Shown here: positions 59,498 through 64,000 of the stretch, piece by piece
Numbering within the stretch: the first letter of the stretch is position 1
Layout of the letters: each line of letters starts with the position of its first letter
Assembly (NCBI GenBank): GCA_964467655.1
Contig: CAYXSN010000002.1
Span: 27,327-91,326 of the forward strand
Source: an uncultured Candidatus Saccharimonadales bacterium
Lineage (GTDB): Bacteria; Patescibacteriota; Saccharimonadia; UBA4664
Length of the DNA stretch: 64,000 nt
Reading direction: 5' to 3'
Position numbers and translations under genes: made by a program
The notes under the pieces: model-generated
The model's input: only the letters and a program-made list of their open reading frames with translations
Told to the model about the DNA's origin: nothing
Database searches by the model: none

Positions 59498-60014
59498 GCA
59501 GTTCCATCGCCCCGGAGGTAAAAATAGTAAAACTCCCGGCCGCATCAGGGCGACCAGGGAGTATACGGCCGGTGGCGTGGTATTTCGAAGACAAGCAGAT
59601 AGTATCGAGATCCTCATGATTCAGGACCGTCAGGGCCGCTGGAGTATCCCCAAAGGCCATGTCGAGCCAGGTGAATCTATCGAGCAGACAGCCGTGCGCG
59701 AGGTCGCCGAAGAAACCGGCTTGAATCATTTGAAACTGGGTGACAAGTTGGACAAACTGCACTTTTTCTACCGTCGCGAGGGCAAGCTTATTTTTATGAC
59801 GACCCATGTTTTTCTGATGGAAGCCTTGGGCGACACCGATAACATCGTAGCCGAAAATTCGGAAGGTATTGTTGACGCCCGGTGGTTTGACGCGAGCAAA
59901 GCCTTGGGCTTGATCGAATACCGGGATACCGAAAGGCTGTTCAGGATGGCCTTGGGCAGGCTAAACCATCCTCTGGAAACTGCTGCGCGAAGCGGCAAAA
60001 CTGGAGTATCATAA
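59433..60014 (+). CDS. NUDIX hydrolase
   Basis: [27 protein letters not shown]. Confidence 0.9.
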   Translation: MNQNQTPNPNQPKTQRKPIKRKQFHRPGGKNSKTPGRIRATREYTAGGVVFRRQADSIEILMIQDRQGRWSIPKGHVEPGESIEQTAVREVAEETGLNHLKLGDKLDKLHFFYRREGKLIFMTTHVFLMEALGDTDNIVAENSEGIVDARWFDASKALGLIEYRDTERLFRMALGRLNHPLETAARSGKTGVS

Positions 60015-60022
60015 GTACTAAG

Positions 60023-60724
60023 ATGTCGGATGCCACGAATTTACAAGATTTTCAAAACCAGATTAGGTTTACATTTCGCGACCAGTCGCTGCTCGAGCGA
60101 GCGTTTATCCATAGGTCATACCTCAATGAGCACAGCGGCCACGGTTTAGAGCACAACGAAAGGCTTGAGTTTTTGGGTGACGCCGTTTTGGAGTTGGCCG
60201 TCACCGACCATTTGTACCGTCACTACCCCAATCCCGAAGGCGACCTCACAAACTGGCGCTCGGCGCTCGTTAAAACTGAATCACTGGCTGAGGTAGCCGC
60301 TCGCCTAGGTATCGCCCAGTTTTTCAAACTGTCTCGGGGAGAAGCCAAGGGGAACGCCCGGTCCCACGCGCTCATCTCAGCCAATGCTGTGGAAGCGCTC
60401 ATTGGGGCAATTTACCTCGACCAGGGCTACGCACCCGCCAGGCAGTTTATTGCCGATCATATCATTGCCCGCCTCGATAGCATTTTGGCGGACGGCAGCT
60501 GGATGGATGCCAAAAGCCGGTTCCAGGAAATGGCCCAAGAGCAATTTGGCCTGACCCCCGTCTACAAGGTATTAGCCGAAGAAGGTCCCGATCACGACAA
60601 AACATTCACCATTGGTGCGTTTGTCGGCGATAAGCAATTTGGCAGCGGTATGGGCTCAAGCAAACAAGCCGGCCAACAAGCCGCCGCCGCTGATGCCTTG
60701 ATGCAACTGCAAGCTGCGGCTTAG
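60023..60724 (+). CDS. rnc: Ribonuclease III
   Basis: NERLEFLGDAVL signature; C-terminal dsRBD. Confidence 0.95.
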   Translation: MSDATNLQDFQNQIRFTFRDQSLLERAFIHRSYLNEHSGHGLEHNERLEFLGDAVLELAVTDHLYRHYPNPEGDLTNWRSALVKTESLAEVAARLGIAQFFKLSRGEAKGNARSHALISANAVEALIGAIYLDQGYAPARQFIADHIIARLDSILADGSWMDAKSRFQEMAQEQFGLTPVYKVLAEEGPDHDKTFTIGAFVGDKQFGSGMGSSKQAGQQAAAADALMQLQAAA

Positions 60725-61371
60725 CGCTTAATTTCGACACCACCCATGATGACAGTACCGTCTAGGTAGATCACTGGAGCTTTCACGGCATCGGCCGGGT
60801 TAGTTTTGTCTTCAACGCCGCCAAGGATGCAAACAGCCTTCGATTTAACGATAACGTTTTCAGGTACCCTGAGTTCCAGCCCGCCCATGAGGACAAATAC
60901 GTCGATGACAGCCTCGTGAGCTACGGTGGCCTTGCTTAAGTCGAGCTCCACGCCGCCCATGACAGCTGTGAGCTCACAACCCCGGTAATCGTCGCTGGTA
61001 TTGCGATGGGTCACGCCCGACAGTACGGCCGTAATATCCTCATTCGACGACTGGACTCCCGCCGTCCGTAATCGGTTCCTCATGAGTACCGAGGTGCCAA
61101 TGGCAATAATAACACCGGGCACAATCAGGTCACCGACATCCACCTGGGCAATATTGAGGGTCTTGAGGAGGAGCACCGTACCAATACCGGTCACCAGAAA
61201 AGCCCACACGTAGTTGCGGCTATCGTTGAGATATAAGAGCAGGCCGGTGACAATCACAATGATTGGCCACCAGCTCGCCAGCAATCCTTGCATACCCCAG
61301 ATATTGAGGTTGGCCAGTAATAAAACAATACCGAGCAAGACCAGGGCTGTGCCAGTGAGTGTGCGATTCAT
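60721..61371 (-). CDS. LiaF-like membrane protein
   Basis: 4 TM helices plus MGGVELDL beta repeats. Confidence 0.8.
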   Translation of the reverse strand: MNRTLTGTALVLLGIVLLLANLNIWGMQGLLASWWPIIVIVTGLLLYLNDSRNYVWAFLVTGIGTVLLLKTLNIAQVDVGDLIVPGVIIAIGTSVLMRNRLRTAGVQSSNEDITAVLSGVTHRNTSDDYRGCELTAVMGGVELDLSKATVAHEAVIDVFVLMGGLELRVPENVIVKSKAVCILGGVEDKTNPADAVKAPVIYLDGTVIMGGVEIKR

Positions 61372-61429
61372 AGCTGCATAGTACTCCCATCGCGAGAGTA
61401 ATTCTAGTAGCCTGATACAATAGGTGACA

Positions 61430-63907
61430 ATGATTAAGCGCCTGACGGTTACCGGATTTAAATCATTTGCCAAGCAAACCTCTCTCGAATTTACCGCTGG
61501 GTTGACGGCTGTAGTTGGGCCCAACGGTTCTGGCAAGAGCAACTTGGCTGATGCCATGAGGTGGGTCATGGGCGAGCAAAGCAAGGCCAAGCTGAGGTTA
61601 GACGAGCGCGACGACATCATTTTTGCTGGTGCTGACGGCCGGCCGCGGGCGGGCGTCGCGGAGGTGACAATGGTGCTCTCGGGTTTGCCCGAAAGTCTCA
61701 TGCAAGGCCGCGCTGAGCTGGCAATTACCCGCAAGCTATACCGTGACGGCGGGTCTCAGTATCTGGTTTCAGGCCAAGTAGTTAAGTTAGCAGATCTGCA
61801 AGTACTCTTGGCGGCGGCTGCCATTAGCGCCGGAGGCTACAGTGTAATTGGCCAAGGTGCTATCGACGAACTGCTTATGGCTTCGCCGTCGGATCGTAAA
61901 AGTTTGTTTGCCGACGCCGCCGGTATCCGGGAGCCCGAACTCAGCCGGGCATCGGCTTTGCGTCAATTGGAGCAGGCCCGTCAAAATTGTGACCGCCTGC
62001 AAGATATTGCAACAGAGTTGGAGCCACGCTTGCAGAGCTTGGCCAAAACTGTCGCGGCGGCCCAAGCTGCCGTAAACCTGCAAAGCCAAAGAGCCACATT
62101 GCGCCAGCAGCTTGTGGATGCCCGGACAGTTGCCGCCACAACTGCTTTACGGGAGGCCCGCCAGAGACAAACTGAACTCCAACAAGCACAGCAGTCGCTC
62201 GAACAATCTATAGCCCAAACCGAAGCCCAATTGGTTGCTGGTCGGCGGCACAGGCAGGAGATAGCCAGTCGTCGCGACCAGCTTGAGGCCGACATTGCCG
62301 CGAGCTTATCCAAACAGCGCAGTCAAATGGCCCAAGTCCATGAAACCAAGTTGAAGCTTGAGGCCACCCAGCAATACCTCGCCGCTCTCGAAGATGTGCG
62401 CAAAGCTCAAAAGACTCTCGAACAAAAACAAGCGGCCGCCAAACAGCTACTTGAAAGCCTCAGGGCCGATCAGGCGGCCGCACAAGCCGCTGCCACTCGG
62501 GCGGCTGACACGCTTGTCGAAACCGCTCAGTCAGTTGCCGCAGCCCAGGAAATTCTCAAAAAGCTGCGCCGATCCCAGGCGGAAGGTACCAGGGATCAGT
62601 ATGTGAATCACGCCCTCGACGTCATGAGAACGCTGGCGAGCGGTTTACACAAGCGGGACCTGCCGGCCGATCAAGTAAAGTTGCTCGTTCATAAGGCCGG
62701 CCGCCTACTCAGTCACGCGGCCAGCCGCCAATCTGGCAGCATCATAGCCCAGCTCCAGGCGGCCCAAACAACGCTTGAAACGGCCATGCACCGGCGCGAA
62801 ACCGCCACCGAGCACCAGACCAACATCACCATTACACTCAGATCTTTGGAAATTGATCTCAAACACCAAACCGAACTCGTGAAGCAATATCAGGCTGAGT
62901 TGACACAGCTTGAAGAGACGCAAACTAAACTGCAGTCACAAACCGAGAAACTCGATCAATATACACGACACCATACTGAGGCCACCAGAAGGTTGGCTCA
63001 GTTTGACGAAGAGCTCAAAGCTTTGCGAACAAAACTGGCGACTCCCGACAGCCTGAATGATGACCAAGCCGAAACCACGGCTGCCGTAGCTCTAGCCAAG
63101 CTTGAAGGTCGGCTCCAGACGGTCAGTGCTAGTCTGCCAGCGGTAGCCACCAGCTTCGCCCAGGCCGAGCAGGATTTGGCCGACGCCAGGGTGCTGGCTG
63201 CATCCTGGGGCCTACGTCTCAACTCGGAAGCTGAGCCGGCTGATGCGGCCGCCATTGCCACCGAACTCACCGCCACTGAGGCCAAGCTTGAGGCCCTGGT
63301 GCAAATATCATCTGATCGTCAGGCTGAATATGAGGAAGTCAGTACTCGATACCATCAATTAACAGGCCAGATTACTGATCTAACCCAGGCCCAATCTGAC
63401 CTGACGAAATTGATTGACCGCCTCGACGGCCTGATTCGCCGGCGATTCCAACAAAACTTTGGCGTCTTGGCCGACCAGTTTGCCCTCACCTGTCAGAAGT
63501 TGCTGTCCGGCTCACAAGGTCGCCTATCGCTAAAAGCTGATGGAGCAGATTATGGCGTCGATATCACGGTCGCACCCCGAGGCGGCCGCCCGGTCGGTAT
63601 TCAGGCTCTATCTGGCGGTGAGCGTACCTTGGCCGGTATTGCCTTATTGGGCGCCATAATTCAGACAAATCCCAGCCCATTTGTCGTACTAGACGAAATT
63701 GATGCGGCGCTTGATGAAACCAACTCAGGAGTGGTAGCTACTATGCTGGAAGAGTTGGCAACCCACAGCCAAGTAATCATTGTCACCCACAACCGTCAAA
63801 CCATGCAGGCGGCTAACACGCTTTACGGGGTAACGCTCACCGGTACCCATCTGTCGACTGTTGTGTCGATGCGACTAGAGCAAGCCACGGCGTTAGCCGC
63901 CCGGTAA
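61430..63907 (+). CDS. smc: SMC-family ATPase (short)
   Basis: GFKSFA, GPNGSGKSN, IGQG, LSGGE, LDEIDAALD, THN. Confidence 0.88.
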   Translation: MIKRLTVTGFKSFAKQTSLEFTAGLTAVVGPNGSGKSNLADAMRWVMGEQSKAKLRLDERDDIIFAGADGRPRAGVAEVTMVLSGLPESLMQGRAELAITRKLYRDGGSQYLVSGQVVKLADLQVLLAAAAISAGGYSVIGQGAIDELLMASPSDRKSLFADAAGIREPELSRASALRQLEQARQNCDRLQDIATELEPRLQSLAKTVAAAQAAVNLQSQRATLRQQLVDARTVAATTALREARQRQTELQQAQQSLEQSIAQTEAQLVAGRRHRQEIASRRDQLEADIAASLSKQRSQMAQVHETKLKLEATQQYLAALEDVRKAQKTLEQKQAAAKQLLESLRADQAAAQAAATRAADTLVETAQSVAAAQEILKKLRRSQAEGTRDQYVNHALDVMRTLASGLHKRDLPADQVKLLVHKAGRLLSHAASRQSGSIIAQLQAAQTTLETAMHRRETATEHQTNITITLRSLEIDLKHQTELVKQYQAELTQLEETQTKLQSQTEKLDQYTRHHTEATRRLAQFDEELKALRTKLATPDSLNDDQAETTAAVALAKLEGRLQTVSASLPAVATSFAQAEQDLADARVLAASWGLRLNSEAEPADAAAIATELTATEAKLEALVQISSDRQAEYEEVSTRYHQLTGQITDLTQAQSDLTKLIDRLDGLIRRRFQQNFGVLADQFALTCQKLLSGSQGRLSLKADGADYGVDITVAPRGGRPVGIQALSGGERTLAGIALLGAIIQTNPSPFVVLDEIDAALDETNSGVVATMLEELATHSQVIIVTHNRQTMQAANTLYGVTLTGTHLSTVVSMRLEQATALAAR

Positions 63908-63910
63908 AAG

Positions 63911-63939
63911 TTGACATTTCTGCTATAAAAAGCTACACT
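63911..63939 (+). promoter_or_regulatory. Sigma70-type promoter
   Basis: TTGACA-17 bp-TACACT. Confidence 0.7.
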
Positions 63940-63977
63940 CTAATCCGTTGTAATAACTTATTATCAGGAATCTTCCA

Positions 63978-64000
63978 TTGCTCGTACTGCGATTGGCCCG
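63978..64000 (+). CDS. Possible start of 30S ribosomal protein S16 (truncated by the window)
   Basis: TTG start, MLVLRLAR; smc-rpsP synteny; only ~8 codons visible. Confidence 0.35.

Noticed and set aside
61372-61734. Long N-terminal extension of the LiaF-like ORF
   Set aside because: Antisense to smc; the likely start is 61371

Overview
Bacterial chromosome segment (code 11). It is most likely from a Patescibacteria/CPR organism (Saccharibacteria-like); this is inferred from gene style, leaderless promoters and the NUDIX-containing LeuS. Backbone genes: obgE (3' part), two tRNA-Ala genes, photolyase, two MMPL transporters, murA/murF/dut, leuS, a glycosyltransferase/glycosidase cluster, and yceD-rpmF-nusB-NUDIX-rnc-smc. 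Main highlights: (1) A foreign-looking operon (9.0-13.4 kb) encodes a PPDK-type dikinase whose pyruvate domain is replaced by an unknown domain, a CX5R phosphatase, a hypothetical protein and a 21-aa RAPP peptide. It ends in a ~550-nt hairpin-dense putative large ncRNA and is the best candidate for an undescribed system. (2) A 14.3-kb satellite-like element in tRNA-Ala(GGC) has tail genes but no capsid, portal or large terminase. Its integrase frame reconnects to the tail operon only after excision, and it carries a putative antisense-sRNA/attenuator switch. (3) Two mutually compatible ICE ends lie at 3.7 kb and 33.3 kb. (4) Two extra copies of the leuS 5' end bracket cargo genes. (5) LeuS has ASCH and NUDIX insertions. 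(6) A GH5 appears circularly permuted. All calls are by eye; no searches or folding were run.
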